Source: Candidatus Heimdallarchaeota archaeon | Lineage (GTDB): Archaea > Asgardarchaeota > Heimdallarchaeia > Heimdallarchaeales > Heimdallarchaeaceae | Direction of reading: 5' to 3' | NCBI GenBank assembly: GCA_016839945.1 | Contig: JAEOTE010000090.1 | Span: 44,399-108,398 of the forward strand | DNA length: 64,000 bases | In this document: positions 29,741 to 39,352 of the stretch, piece after piece | Layout of the letters: every line of letters starts with the position of its first letter | How positions within the stretch are numbered: the stretch's first letter is position 1 | Notes under the pieces: model-generated | What the model saw: the letters and a program-made list of their open reading frames with translations, nothing else | What the model was told of the DNA's origin: nothing | Databases searched by the model: none | Position numbers and translations under genes: made by a program

Positions 29741-30793
29741 TTGGTAGAACTAAGAGGATTGATGATTAATAGACTAGTAGTCTTACTTCAAGTCTTTATT
29801 TTTCCAGCTTATTTCTATTTATGGGCGTTTTTTGGTCCTTATCCTGAAGATTTAGCTAACTTCTTTTTCTGGAGAGTATCTGGAACAAGTGCATTTGGGG
29901 AAACAGGAGATTTCATTATTCTGAAAATTGTTGCACCTCTAATTTTTGCACTTCCATTTACGTTAGCTTCCTTAGTAAGAGCAACTAAAGTAGCAAATTC
30001 TTATGAACTTATGTGGAGAGCTTTAGGAAAAGTCAGAATAGATACAAAACTATTCTATATGGTTAATGCAATATTTTGTCTATTCTTCTTCATTCTACCA
30101 TTTGGGGCTCCTATTATTGCAGTTTTTGGAGCGTTTTTTGCAGTTAAACTATTATTGTATGCCTTTGGCGTTAAAAAAAGCGTTCCTGCAATCTTAATTG
30201 TTATCCCAGGATTATTATTAGCAGCAATACCATTGATGGTCACAATTGCGTTTTACGCAAGTTATTCAGAAGTAATACAGCCAATATGGGTGATTTGGGC
30301 AGGGGAAAAAGGTTCAGCAATATCGGGAATTTCAGAATACTTCTATGGAGTAGTTCTCTGTTTAGCGTGTGCAATGGCGATTGGCAACTTTTTTGTTTTC
30401 TTACGAGAAGGTGCATCTCAAGTATCATATACCAAACAAGTTGGACAGCGAATAGGAATTTTTCTAAAAGCAATTCTTTTCACTGGAATTTTGCTTCTTT
30501 ATATATTTGTAGCAAAATGGGATACTTCAAATCTAACTATGTTCATAATCAATGGAATCGCTATTGGATTGAGTGGTTTTGAAACTTTAGTTAGATGGAG
30601 AAAGAAAGCAGGTAAAGAAAATGGTGGAGGAGGAGGGGGTACACTTATGGTGCCTATATTTATTTCTATCAATTTCATAGCTAAATATTGGAATGGTGCA
30701 ATAACCTTTGTTGTTGCATTATCTGCATGTATTTTCTTTGTACTTTTTGTTCTAGCTTATAGATATGCTGAAGACGAAACATTATTTGAATAG
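29741..30793 (+). CDS. Multi-pass membrane protein of unknown function
   Basis: About 9-10 hydrophobic segments; poly-Gly loop. Confidence 0.75.
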   Translation: MVELRGLMINRLVVLLQVFIFPAYFYLWAFFGPYPEDLANFFFWRVSGTSAFGETGDFIILKIVAPLIFALPFTLASLVRATKVANSYELMWRALGKVRIDTKLFYMVNAIFCLFFFILPFGAPIIAVFGAFFAVKLLLYAFGVKKSVPAILIVIPGLLLAAIPLMVTIAFYASYSEVIQPIWVIWAGEKGSAISGISEYFYGVVLCLACAMAIGNFFVFLREGASQVSYTKQVGQRIGIFLKAILFTGILLLYIFVAKWDTSNLTMFIINGIAIGLSGFETLVRWRKKAGKENGGGGGGTLMVPIFISINFIAKYWNGAITFVVALSACIFFVLFVLAYRYAEDETLFE

Positions 30794-30879
30794 ATTAACA
30801 GAAATACATCTAAATTCATAACCATAATTTTTATAAGCTAACTTATTAAATCCTAAACAAATTCTCCTAAGTTTCAGAG

Positions 30880-31527
30880 ATGTTTCCAATGAATGATGAA
30901 GAATTCAATCCTGAGATCACAAGAAAGATAGAGGAAAATACAGAAAAATTACTTAAGAAAATTCTAGTAGATCAAAAAAGTTCTATTGATGAAATCAATT
31001 CAGAAGCTGAAGAAAAATTAAAAAATATTACAGAAAGCATTGTAGAAGATGCGAAAAAGCATGCTGAAGCGGAATTTTCAAAAGAGAAAGCAAAACAAGA
31101 ACTTGAACTTAGACTAAAGATAACCAAGTTTAGAGATGAATTAGTAAATAATTTCTTTGAAAAAGCTACTGAAAAAATTAAGTCGCTTACTGAAACAAAA
31201 GAATATGAAAAAAGTTTAGAAAAGCTTCTTTTCGAAGCAGGAGTGACTTTAAACCAACCAGAAATCATTGTTCATCACCGTAGTCAAGATGATAAAATAT
31301 TGACTAAACAATTTCTAGAAAATATTGCGAATAGATTGAAAAAGGAAAATGATATAGAAACAAAATATCAATTATCTAAAAAACCAATAGATTGTTTGGG
31401 AGGAATAAAACTGGAAACACTTGATGGAAAAATCAGCATTGATAACACTTATGAGAAGAGAATTGAAAGACTCTTAGTTAGTCTGAAAAGAGAACTTTCA
31501 TTAATGCTTACACAAGAACAGGAATGA
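30880..31527 (+). CDS. A/V-type ATP synthase subunit E (stand-alone)
   Basis: N-terminal charged coiled coil; IDCLGGIKLET.DGKISIDNTYE.RI. Confidence 0.85.
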   Translation: MFPMNDEEFNPEITRKIEENTEKLLKKILVDQKSSIDEINSEAEEKLKNITESIVEDAKKHAEAEFSKEKAKQELELRLKITKFRDELVNNFFEKATEKIKSLTETKEYEKSLEKLLFEAGVTLNQPEIIVHHRSQDDKILTKQFLENIANRLKKENDIETKYQLSKKPIDCLGGIKLETLDGKISIDNTYEKRIERLLVSLKRELSLMLTQEQE

Positions 31528-32165
31528 TTATTATGAATAGTGGAATTGTAAAGAAAACCGGATTACTGGCAGTTTTATTTTTACTTGTAGTTATTCCGTT
31601 TACAAATGCATCAATGGCAGAAAATAGTACACCAGTTCCTACTGATAATCATATAAATCAAAGTAATGTTATACAGGCTTTTAATGGTAATATCTCATCA
31701 ACCTATATTGTTAGAGGTGACACAATTAGCTTTTATGGAACTGTCTTAAATTATGGTGACTTAAATGCAACAATTTTATCATTTAATGCAGAATTTGTTC
31801 ATCAGGAAGAAAACGACCGATTTAATAGACACTATTCGGTAAGCATAGATGCAGACCATAGAAATTTAGGCCCTGGTGAATCATTCACTGGAACATTGAG
31901 AGACGAAATAACAAATCCTCAATCGTCATATAATGTTACAATATATTTTGTTGTAGAAGATGTTTATGATGCTAGTACCGAATTTGGAGCACCAGCGTGG
32001 AATTTTACAGCAGCTGAAAATATTGCAGTTACAGTAATAGACATTACTAGTCCTTCAGGCATAATAATAGGTGTAGGTGTCTCTTTCGCTGTTATCGTAG
32101 TGGTTATAGTTATATTCATTCTTTATGGCTGGTTGAAAGAGAGATTCACAAAGAGAAAGCACTGA
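31524..32165 (+). CDS. Type I membrane protein with Ig-like domain, TRAP-alpha (SSR1)-like
   Basis: Signal peptide, beta-sandwich with N.G, S.NA.F, LGPGES and VTVID, then TM and basic tail. Confidence 0.55.
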   Translation: MIIMNSGIVKKTGLLAVLFLLVVIPFTNASMAENSTPVPTDNHINQSNVIQAFNGNISSTYIVRGDTISFYGTVLNYGDLNATILSFNAEFVHQEENDRFNRHYSVSIDADHRNLGPGESFTGTLRDEITNPQSSYNVTIYFVVEDVYDASTEFGAPAWNFTAAENIAVTVIDITSPSGIIIGVGVSFAVIVVVIVIFILYGWLKERFTKRKH

Positions 32166-32172
32166 TATAATC

Positions 32173-32637
32173 TTAGATTAGATTTATCAACCACCCTTTT
32201 GGTAAGAATACAATTCCTTCTTTTCTTAATTTGATTACTATTTTCTCTAATTCTGCGAGATTAATATTGAAATTTGAACAATGTCTTATAAGCTCATCAA
32301 GTTCATTCGTTTCACTTTTTTCAAGAATTAAAAGAACAGTGTCATTTAGTGTTGCAGCTTGTAAATCTAACAAAGGTGTCTGCTTTTCTTCATGTTTTTT
32401 TACTAATTCCATTATAGAACTTTCAGCTTTATCCGCTAGTTTAAAGAAATCTACCGCAAGAGAGTCAGAGAGTTGTTTTGATTTGAAAAAAATATTATTA
32501 CTACTTTCTTCAGATAGAATTGCTTCTCTTGGAGAATACGTTACTATCCTACCACAATTTCTACAGAATCTAAATTGATGTTGGATTGGAATATCATTAA
32601 TAACTTCACAGCTTGTACATCTGAAAATTACTTTCAT
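32173..32637 (-). CDS. Zinc-ribbon plus C-terminal winged-helix protein
   Basis: CTSC...CRNC; LEKIVIKLRKEGIVFLPK. Confidence 0.7.
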   Translation of the reverse strand: MKVIFRCTSCEVINDIPIQHQFRFCRNCGRIVTYSPREAILSEESSNNIFFKSKQLSDSLAVDFFKLADKAESSIMELVKKHEEKQTPLLDLQAATLNDTVLLILEKSETNELDELIRHCSNFNINLAELEKIVIKLRKEGIVFLPKGWLINLI

Positions 32638-33443
32638 TTTGTTTCTACTCTAGTCATTTTTCTAGCAAAGATAATAAAACCTGTGTGGCCTATCATTCTA
32701 GTTTTTGGTCTAATAGCTTCAGGTTTAAGTTGAATTTCTCGTTCAATAAGCTCTATTCCAATAATATCACCAAAATAGGATTCTTTGAGTTTTTTGATTG
32801 TTTTTTCTACTTGATTATAAGTTGGTAAGAAGATTGATAGAGAGCCACTAGCCCTTAAAGAATCATAAGCGTGAGGTACAATCTGCCAAGGATCACCTAA
32901 ATCTAAAACTATAGAATCTGCGTTTTTTTCATCAAATCCTAATGATGCATCTTGTTTTTTAATAGTAACATATTTTTCTAATCTTAAATTCTCAATATTT
33001 TTCATAGAAGTCTTATATGCATCTTCTCTGATTTCATAAGTATAAACATGCCCATTCGGTCGAACATAATTTGCAAGAATTGAAGTCAAAGCGCCACTAC
33101 CAGTCCCAGTTTCAATTACTTTGGAACCAGGACTTATTCCTCCATAAAGTAGTATTAAACCCGCATCTTTAGGGTAAATAATTTGTGAACTATGAGGAAC
33201 TTGAGATAGAAGATCACTAGGTATTGGTTTGAATATGTATAGAGGTGTGTTTTTACTTGTAAGAATTTTTATCCCGTATGGTTTTCCTATTATATCATCA
33301 AATTCAAAATAACCCTTATGTGTTTGAAATTGTTTTCCTTTTACTGCTTTTGTTAACCATCTTTTTCTTTCGTCTAGAACAACCAAAACATAAGAATCAT
33401 CAATAATGGCATCATTATCATGAAAATTATCACTAGCAGTCAT
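32634..33443 (-). CDS. trmI: tRNA (adenine-N1)-methyltransferase
   Basis: THKG, QIIYPKD, ETGTGSGALT, YEIRED, LDLGDPW, RP..RMIGHTG. Confidence 0.93.
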   Translation of the reverse strand: MTASDNFHDNDAIIDDSYVLVVLDERKRWLTKAVKGKQFQTHKGYFEFDDIIGKPYGIKILTSKNTPLYIFKPIPSDLLSQVPHSSQIIYPKDAGLILLYGGISPGSKVIETGTGSGALTSILANYVRPNGHVYTYEIREDAYKTSMKNIENLRLEKYVTIKKQDASLGFDEKNADSIVLDLGDPWQIVPHAYDSLRASGSLSIFLPTYNQVEKTIKKLKESYFGDIIGIELIEREIQLKPEAIRPKTRMIGHTGFIIFARKMTRVETK

Positions 33444-33534
33444 AGAATACCCATTAGAAAAAAGAAAAAAGGGATATAAAATTCATTTGATTGCGAGTTT
33501 ATCAAAAATAAAGAAAAGAAAAGAGTGAAAAGAA

Positions 33535-34860
33535 TTAGAAGAAACCTTTTTCCTTGAGTATATCTACTAATTTAGGATAACCAATTTCTTCAAGCTCATA
33601 TTTAACTCTTATAATTGGCTTATCTACTTTAACTAAACGGGTAATATCTATTGGTGTTGCTGAAACTACAACATCACAGTCAGTGTTATTGATTGTATCT
33701 TCCAAATCCTTTAGTTGTTGATCAAAGTATCCCATAGCTGGAAGAAGAGTACCAATATCAGGGTAGTTCTCAAAAGTTTCTTTCATGCTACCTACAAGAT
33801 AAGGACGAGGATCTACTAATTCCTTTGCTCCATAACGTCGTGCAGCAACAACACCAGCACCATATTTCATTTCTCCGTGAGTTAAAGTTGGTCCATCTTC
33901 GATAACTAATACCCTTTTTCCTTTTACTAATTCTGGTTTATCAACAAATATAGGTGATGAAGCTTCAACAATAGTGGCATTAGGATTAACCATTCTTATG
34001 TTTTCTTCGAGTTGCATTACGTTCTTGTAATCTGCAGTTGCAATTTTGTTTACAACAACAACGTCTGCTAGATTTAGTGTAGTTTCTCCAGGATGATAAC
34101 GAAGTTCGTGTCCAACCCTATGAGGATCTACTACTACAATTTGTAAATCAGGCTTGTAAAAGGAGAAATCATTATTTCCTCCATCCCAAAGAATCACATC
34201 TGCTTCTTTTTCTGCTTCCCTTAAAATCGCCTCATAATCTACTCCAGAATAAATCACCAATCCTCTATCAATATATGGTTCATATTCTTCTCTTTCTTCA
34301 ATAGTAGTTTCATGCAGATCTAAATCTGAATAATCAGCAAATCTTTGAACGGCTTGTTTTGCTAAGTCTCCGTAAGGCATAGGATGGCGTATAGCTACTA
34401 CTTTCTTACCAGCATTTTGAAGTATTTGCACAATCTTACGGGAGGTTTGAGATTTACCGCTTCCAGTTCTAACAGCGCAAACACTGATTAGGGGTTTAGT
34501 TGATTTTATCATAGTGCCTTTTGTTCCTAACAGAGTAAAAGCTGCACCACAAGCATTCACTAAAGAAGCTTTGTGCATAACATATTCATGAGATACATCA
34601 GAATATGAAAAAACAATCTCATCAACATCATGGTTTTTAATCAATTCAGTCAGTTCGCTTTCATCATAAATTGGGATACCATTAGGATAAAGAGTACCAG
34701 ATAATTCCGCAGGATATTTACGATCCACAATATCGGGGATTTGGGTAGCAGTGAATGCTACAACTTCATACATCTCATTATTCTTATAATACGTATTGAA
34801 ATTATGAAAGTCTCTACCTGCAGCGCCCATAATTATTATTTTTCTTCTTTTTGTTTCCAT
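33535..34860 (-). CDS. cDPG-synthetase-like P-loop protein, probable arginine synthetase (ArcE family)
   Basis: MGAAGRDFHNFN, AFTATQIP, VRTGSGKSQ, RHPMPYGDL, EEREEYEP, WDGGNND, EDGPTLTHG. Confidence 0.8.
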   Translation of the reverse strand: METKRRKIIIMGAAGRDFHNFNTYYKNNEMYEVVAFTATQIPDIVDRKYPAELSGTLYPNGIPIYDESELTELIKNHDVDEIVFSYSDVSHEYVMHKASLVNACGAAFTLLGTKGTMIKSTKPLISVCAVRTGSGKSQTSRKIVQILQNAGKKVVAIRHPMPYGDLAKQAVQRFADYSDLDLHETTIEEREEYEPYIDRGLVIYSGVDYEAILREAEKEADVILWDGGNNDFSFYKPDLQIVVVDPHRVGHELRYHPGETTLNLADVVVVNKIATADYKNVMQLEENIRMVNPNATIVEASSPIFVDKPELVKGKRVLVIEDGPTLTHGEMKYGAGVVAARRYGAKELVDPRPYLVGSMKETFENYPDIGTLLPAMGYFDQQLKDLEDTINNTDCDVVVSATPIDITRLVKVDKPIIRVKYELEEIGYPKLVDILKEKGFF

Positions 34861-34942
34861 TAAAATCCCTTATCAATTTCTGTTTGAACATTTAATGGAG
34901 TCTTAAAAAATTTATGCTTAAACAAACATAAGAATAAGGAAT

Positions 34943-35188
34943 TTATTTTTCGGAGTTTTCAGCTTCTATTTTTCTATTAACAATTTTCTGTAAAACAAAT
35001 ATTGACCCTATTGCTAGAAAGAGACCAACGAAGGTTGCAACAATTAAAGCTATTTTTTGAGTAGTAGAAGAAGAGTTTCTAGTTGAGAAATAAGCAATTA
35101 ACATCCCACTAACACTAAAAAGAAAGGGAGAAATTAATGCAAAAGCAATCATATATTTAGATATAATTGGCTTTTTTTCTTCAGTCAT
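34943..35188 (-). CDS. Small two-TM membrane protein
   Basis: Two hydrophobic segments, ATG start. Confidence 0.65.
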   Translation of the reverse strand: MTEEKKPIISKYMIAFALISPFLFSVSGMLIAYFSTRNSSSTTQKIALIVATFVGLFLAIGSIFVLQKIVNRKIEAENSEK

Positions 35189-35253
35189 ACTAAATAGTGA
35201 TTGTGTCCGAAGAATTAAAGTTTATTGAAAAATACGTTATCTGTGAGTTAGGA

Positions 35254-35832
35254 TTATTTTCTTAAAAATAAATGATGACAAACTATTGTAACAACATGCG
35301 ATGCTAAATAGTTTCTTTTTCCGATACTAATGCGCGTAGCACCCATTTTAGATAACAAAGCTTCTTGTTCCTCAATTAAATCATATTGACTTCCTAAAAC
35401 AAAACATGCTTTTTCTTTCTGATTGTTTTTTATCTGCAGTTCAGATACCTCTAAACCATCAGGTGTAAGGTAGTATAGTTTTGAGTCTTTTGATAACTTT
35501 TGAATTAGATTGATGAAACTTATGTTTTCCTTAGAAACACCACTTTCTTCTGGTTTTGAGAGAATTTTTATTAATTCCTGTGTTGAATCTACTTCGCTCT
35601 TAAGTTCTAATTCAAGTGAAGAAATTGGTATGATAAAGGCTTGTTGCTCATCAGGGCTAGAAAGATAAAGAATAAAGTTAATTTCCGAATTGAGTCTTCT
35701 ATTCCATCTGGAAAGATTCAAAAGACATCGAGATAGAACATCAACTCTTTCTTGACCACCAACAACAGATTTTACAGTCTTTTTTGTATCTGATTTTATT
35801 GTCTGTGATGGAATCAGGAACGTTAAATTCAT
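35254..35832 (-). CDS. trmY: TrmY-like SPOUT tRNA pseudouridine-N1 methyltransferase
   Basis: RVDVLSRC, LYYL...G, FVLG, ISIG...YLASH; start moved to ATG 35832 to avoid overlap with rps26e. Confidence 0.7.
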   Translation of the reverse strand: MNLTFLIPSQTIKSDTKKTVKSVVGGQERVDVLSRCLLNLSRWNRRLNSEINFILYLSSPDEQQAFIIPISSLELELKSEVDSTQELIKILSKPEESGVSKENISFINLIQKLSKDSKLYYLTPDGLEVSELQIKNNQKEKACFVLGSQYDLIEEQEALLSKMGATRISIGKRNYLASHVVTIVCHHLFLRK

Positions 35833-35875
35833 TGTTTTTTCCTTCTTTAAACAAAAATAAAAAAGAGAAATGGCA

Positions 35876-36151
35876 TTAACCAGATCTTCTTTGATCTTTT
35901 GGTCTAATATTAGTCCTACCTCTATGAATAGAACAAGAAACACAATAATACGCTATTTTCTTTTGTCTTGGGATATGAGCTCCTTCAGCTCTAAGTTCCT
36001 TTGCTAATCTATAGTCTACTGGACTACTATAAATAGTGTATTTCTTAGCTTTATCAGCAGGAATAAGAGCACCACAAGCATGACAATGTTTCATAGTTGC
36101 TCTTCCACGTTTTCCTCCCGATCTCCCACCACTTTTCCGTTTCTTAGGCAT
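35876..36151 (-). CDS. rps26e: Ribosomal protein eS26
   Basis: MPKKRKSGGR, C..CG..IP.DKA, YCVSC.IH. Confidence 0.95.
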   Translation of the reverse strand: MPKKRKSGGRSGGKRGRATMKHCHACGALIPADKAKKYTIYSSPVDYRLAKELRAEGAHIPRQKKIAYYCVSCSIHRGRTNIRPKDQRRSG

Positions 36152-36245
36152 TAAATTCTCACCTTCATAAAACTACACCTATCTTTCAAGTCAAATGAGA
36201 ATTTTTAAATTTGTTGAAAAAGGAGCGAGTTAATTTTAGTTTAAA

Positions 36246-36620
36246 TTATTTATCTGGAAAGAGTTTTTTCATTGTATTATTGAGATATAAATTTGCCTCT
36301 TCCATGAGTTGTTCTCCAAATTCTGTGATTTCGTAGTACTTTCGATCTATTCGTTCATGTTCATTCCTTAACTCTGTTTTTGTTACAATACCTTCTCTTT
36401 CTAACAGATATAGTATAGTATAATTTGTAACAGTAGCAGGACTGAAACCAAAACGGTTCTGTATCTCTTGCTTCAACTCATAAGCGTACTTGGGGCTTTC
36501 TTTTAGCAATTTTAAAACCCAAATCCAAAGCAAATCTATGGTTAAATTTTTTTCCAGTCTTTGAAATGCTTTTGATTCTCTAACTCCTTTAGGGAGTTCT
36601 GCTTGATTTGGTTGACTCAT
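36246..36620 (-). CDS. PadR family transcriptional regulator
   Basis: P.YAYEL, Y..LY.LE.EG, RKYYEITEFG. Confidence 0.88.
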   Translation of the reverse strand: MSQPNQAELPKGVRESKAFQRLEKNLTIDLLWIWVLKLLKESPKYAYELKQEIQNRFGFSPATVTNYTILYLLEREGIVTKTELRNEHERIDRKYYEITEFGEQLMEEANLYLNNTMKKLFPDK

Positions 36621-36679
36621 ACTTCTTAATACGAAATTAACTAGTTTAAAAAATTTCAGTAGAAAAGTTGAGAAAATTA

Positions 36680-37093
36680 TTATTTTAAGGGCACATAAAG
36701 AGAAGATCTTGTTGCTCCAATTCCAGGGGCTCCATGTCTTACTATTTTAGTAGAAGGACTGAACTCTCCTAGCAGATGCCCAATCATTTGAGGTTGAATT
36801 TCAACTTCTATAAACTCTTTACCATTATACACTCCAACTGTTGCTCCAACCATCTCTGGTAAAATTGGCATATCTCTAACGTGAGTTCTTACTACATTCC
36901 TTTGTCCCTTTTCTTGAGCTTCAATAGCTCTTCTTATATCTTCCAATAGTTTTTTTCTCCTTGGAGTCCAAAATTCTTGGCGAGATAAGCTTCTTCTTCT
37001 TCGAGAAGGTAGTAGGTCTAGTACCTCATCCATACTCATCTGCTTTAGTTCATCTAATGAATGTCCTCTGTATCTGAATTTTCTCGATGACAC
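36680..37093 (-). CDS. rps19: Ribosomal protein uS19 (archaeal S19/S15e)
   Basis: [50 protein letters not shown]. Confidence 0.97.
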   Translation of the reverse strand: MSSRKFRYRGHSLDELKQMSMDEVLDLLPSRRRRSLSRQEFWTPRRKKLLEDIRRAIEAQEKGQRNVVRTHVRDMPILPEMVGATVGVYNGKEFIEVEIQPQMIGHLLGEFSPSTKIVRHGAPGIGATRSSLYVPLK

Positions 37094-37179
37094 TGTTTTT
37101 CGACCGAATCAATACCCCTTGACACTCATTTTAAACCTTTTGATTTTTGTTACCAAAAACCTGATCTCTTTCAATAATG

Positions 37180-38079
37180 TCAGAATGTCAATAAATACAA
37201 ATCTACTAACCAACTAAGTCCAACAAGTGCTAAAGTAAAGAAAACTGGAAGTGGAAGACCAGGGAATTTACCATGTTTTAACAACATCTTCTCTGTTACT
37301 TTTACTCCAACCAAAAGACAGATTATGGAACCAAAACCTAAAACCAAACCAAGTTCTCTTGTAAAAAAAGTAACTACAGAGGAATAGAATATGAAATCTC
37401 CGATTCCTATAGCTACTATTTTTTCATGAATTATGGATTTTTCTGATGTTATTGAAATGTTAGTTTTTTGGAATATCTTACTAATTGGTCCCCTAAAAAC
37501 AGAATAAATATCAAAAAGCGAAATAAGAACAATTAAAGTTAAAAAAGTTATATAGTGCATAATTATACCAAATATTGATCCAATAGTAAAGCCTAATATC
37601 AGAATAATGGCGTTTCTTAGAAATTGTTTACCTTTCTCAAAAATAAAAACTAAACATGCGATTATCCCAACAATACTGCCGAAAATACCGAACACTATTT
37701 CAGCCCAAAATATCCCAGAAGAATTTGCTACTTCAGTTTTGTATATCTTAATGAAGTATGCATGTAACCAGAAGACACTTGCTGAAGAAACAAAAAGCCC
37801 AAATGAGAAAAATATCTTTATGATTTTAAGTAGATTAAGTTTTATAGCTAAAACAATCAATGCACCACTCATTGCTGCAATAGAGACAAGCATAAATCCT
37901 TCAGCAAACTGTATTGAACCTCCTCCGTTTTCAGGAAGAAACAAGTTCATTTTTAAATCTGAGTTTTGATAAAACCACCCTATTAAGTAACTAAGGATTA
38001 AAACAGGTAATATTGCATATTCAATAGACCGCTTGGTCATAAATGTAATTAATATGAATCGTCGAGATTCCACAGTCAT
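37180..38079 (-). CDS. Presenilin/SPP-family intramembrane aspartyl protease
   Basis: FDIYSV (YD-equivalent), GIGDF (GxGD), FPGLP (PAL-equivalent), about 9 TMs. Confidence 0.85.
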   Translation of the reverse strand: MTVESRRFILITFMTKRSIEYAILPVLILSYLIGWFYQNSDLKMNLFLPENGGGSIQFAEGFMLVSIAAMSGALIVLAIKLNLLKIIKIFFSFGLFVSSASVFWLHAYFIKIYKTEVANSSGIFWAEIVFGIFGSIVGIIACLVFIFEKGKQFLRNAIILILGFTIGSIFGIIMHYITFLTLIVLISLFDIYSVFRGPISKIFQKTNISITSEKSIIHEKIVAIGIGDFIFYSSVVTFFTRELGLVLGFGSIICLLVGVKVTEKMLLKHGKFPGLPLPVFFTLALVGLSWLVDLYLLTF

Positions 38080-38139
38080 TTGTTTTCACCTTATTTTATC
38101 TTCTTCCTCTTTTTGTATCGTTGTTAGGTGTTTTTTCGT

Positions 38140-38562
38140 TTATTGACTTGTATACATTAATTTTATTCGATCTCCATCCTCTACATAGTAATTACTGATA
38201 CCAACTTCTGAATAACTCCATGCATGAAGTTCAGGATTATAATAGTAAAAAGCCCAGTAATTTGGAAATTGCTCAGTATAACCATTTACGCCTTTAACAT
38301 ACACACCAAATGAGTAGTTAACTAAATTCAATGAAGCAATTTTATTGAAAACCTGAAGAGCTGAATTTCCTTTTGTAGTAGAGACATTATGTTCCTCATA
38401 ATTATCAAGTTTTAGCGTTCCATACTCAATAATTGCCAAAACCATAATGTTATCGTCATTGTTGGTTTTTGTTCCATATTTCACATAGAAAAATAGACCC
38501 GTACTTAGAAGTACAATGCTAAGAATAGCAAAACTTAGAAGAAAGATTCGAGTCTTATTCAT
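38140..38562 (-). CDS. DUF4430 (transcobalamin-like C-terminal) membrane-anchored protein
   Basis: FG.YV.G.NG, YWAFY, YS.VGI..Y...DGD.I. Confidence 0.8.
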   Translation of the reverse strand: MNKTRIFLLSFAILSIVLLSTGLFFYVKYGTKTNNDDNIMVLAIIEYGTLKLDNYEEHNVSTTKGNSALQVFNKIASLNLVNYSFGVYVKGVNGYTEQFPNYWAFYYYNPELHAWSYSEVGISNYYVEDGDRIKLMYTSQ

Positions 38563-39208
38563 CTTGAATTACCTTTTGTTGAAGTGTTGATTCTTTCTTG
38601 GTTTCCATAAAAACTGGAATCATCAGTAGTTTTATTCCTCTATGTCTGAAAGCTGAAATGATCCATTTGATGGTATTTCTGGTTAAACTGAACAGAGCGA
38701 AATTACCTAAGAAATGGATAATTGTAAATGGTATCCCCGTGATGAGAACTAGAAAGATGTAATAGGGAGTTATTTGTGATTGAAGAACTATTAATTGAGC
38801 TCCTAAAGTTGTAATAATGTCATAAATTAATGCAAATAATGAACCAAAAATTCCAAGCTCCCAAAATGAAAGTTTTAGAAAGGATTTTCTTCCTAGACCA
38901 GCAATTAAAGCCAAACTAACATAACAGAAGAGTTTGAAGAAAATTAAGAGTCCAGCAGAACCATAGATTGAAGTTACAAAAAACTCGTACACTATTGTTA
39001 TTGCAACAGCTGCTATTACTCCATAATAATGACCAAAAAGGAGAGCAATTAGGAAGATCGTTACTGATATAAATTCAATATTTGGTATATAAACTACTAT
39101 AGCAGATAGAATAATTCCTAAGCTTGCTAAAGATGCTGATACAGATAACTTGAGAATTGTTTCTATATTAGCTTTGGACTTTTTCTCTGGAATTTTCCTT
39201 CTTTTCAT
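38555..39208 (-). CDS. ECF transporter S component (CbrT-like)
   Basis: IPNIEF.S, six TMs, GIPF.IIH..GN. Confidence 0.75.
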   Translation of the reverse strand: MKRRKIPEKKSKANIETILKLSVSASLASLGIILSAIVVYIPNIEFISVTIFLIALLFGHYYGVIAAVAITIVYEFFVTSIYGSAGLLIFFKLFCYVSLALIAGLGRKSFLKLSFWELGIFGSLFALIYDIITTLGAQLIVLQSQITPYYIFLVLITGIPFTIIHFLGNFALFSLTRNTIKWIISAFRHRGIKLLMIPVFMETKKESTLQQKVIQDE

Positions 39209-39352
39209 TAGTGCAACCTATTATTCATGTTACTTTGTTTAACTTAAGAAGACATATGATAATAAATTATTTTCCTTTCTTATCCTATAGTATTTATTTC
39301 AAGTACTGGAAACTAACTCAACATTTTTGTATATATAAAAGTCTGTTTTCAC

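Noticed and set aside
35833-35943. Long N-terminal extension of the TrmY-like ORF
   Set aside because: Overlaps the 3' end of rps26e in another frame; family similarity begins at ATG 35832.
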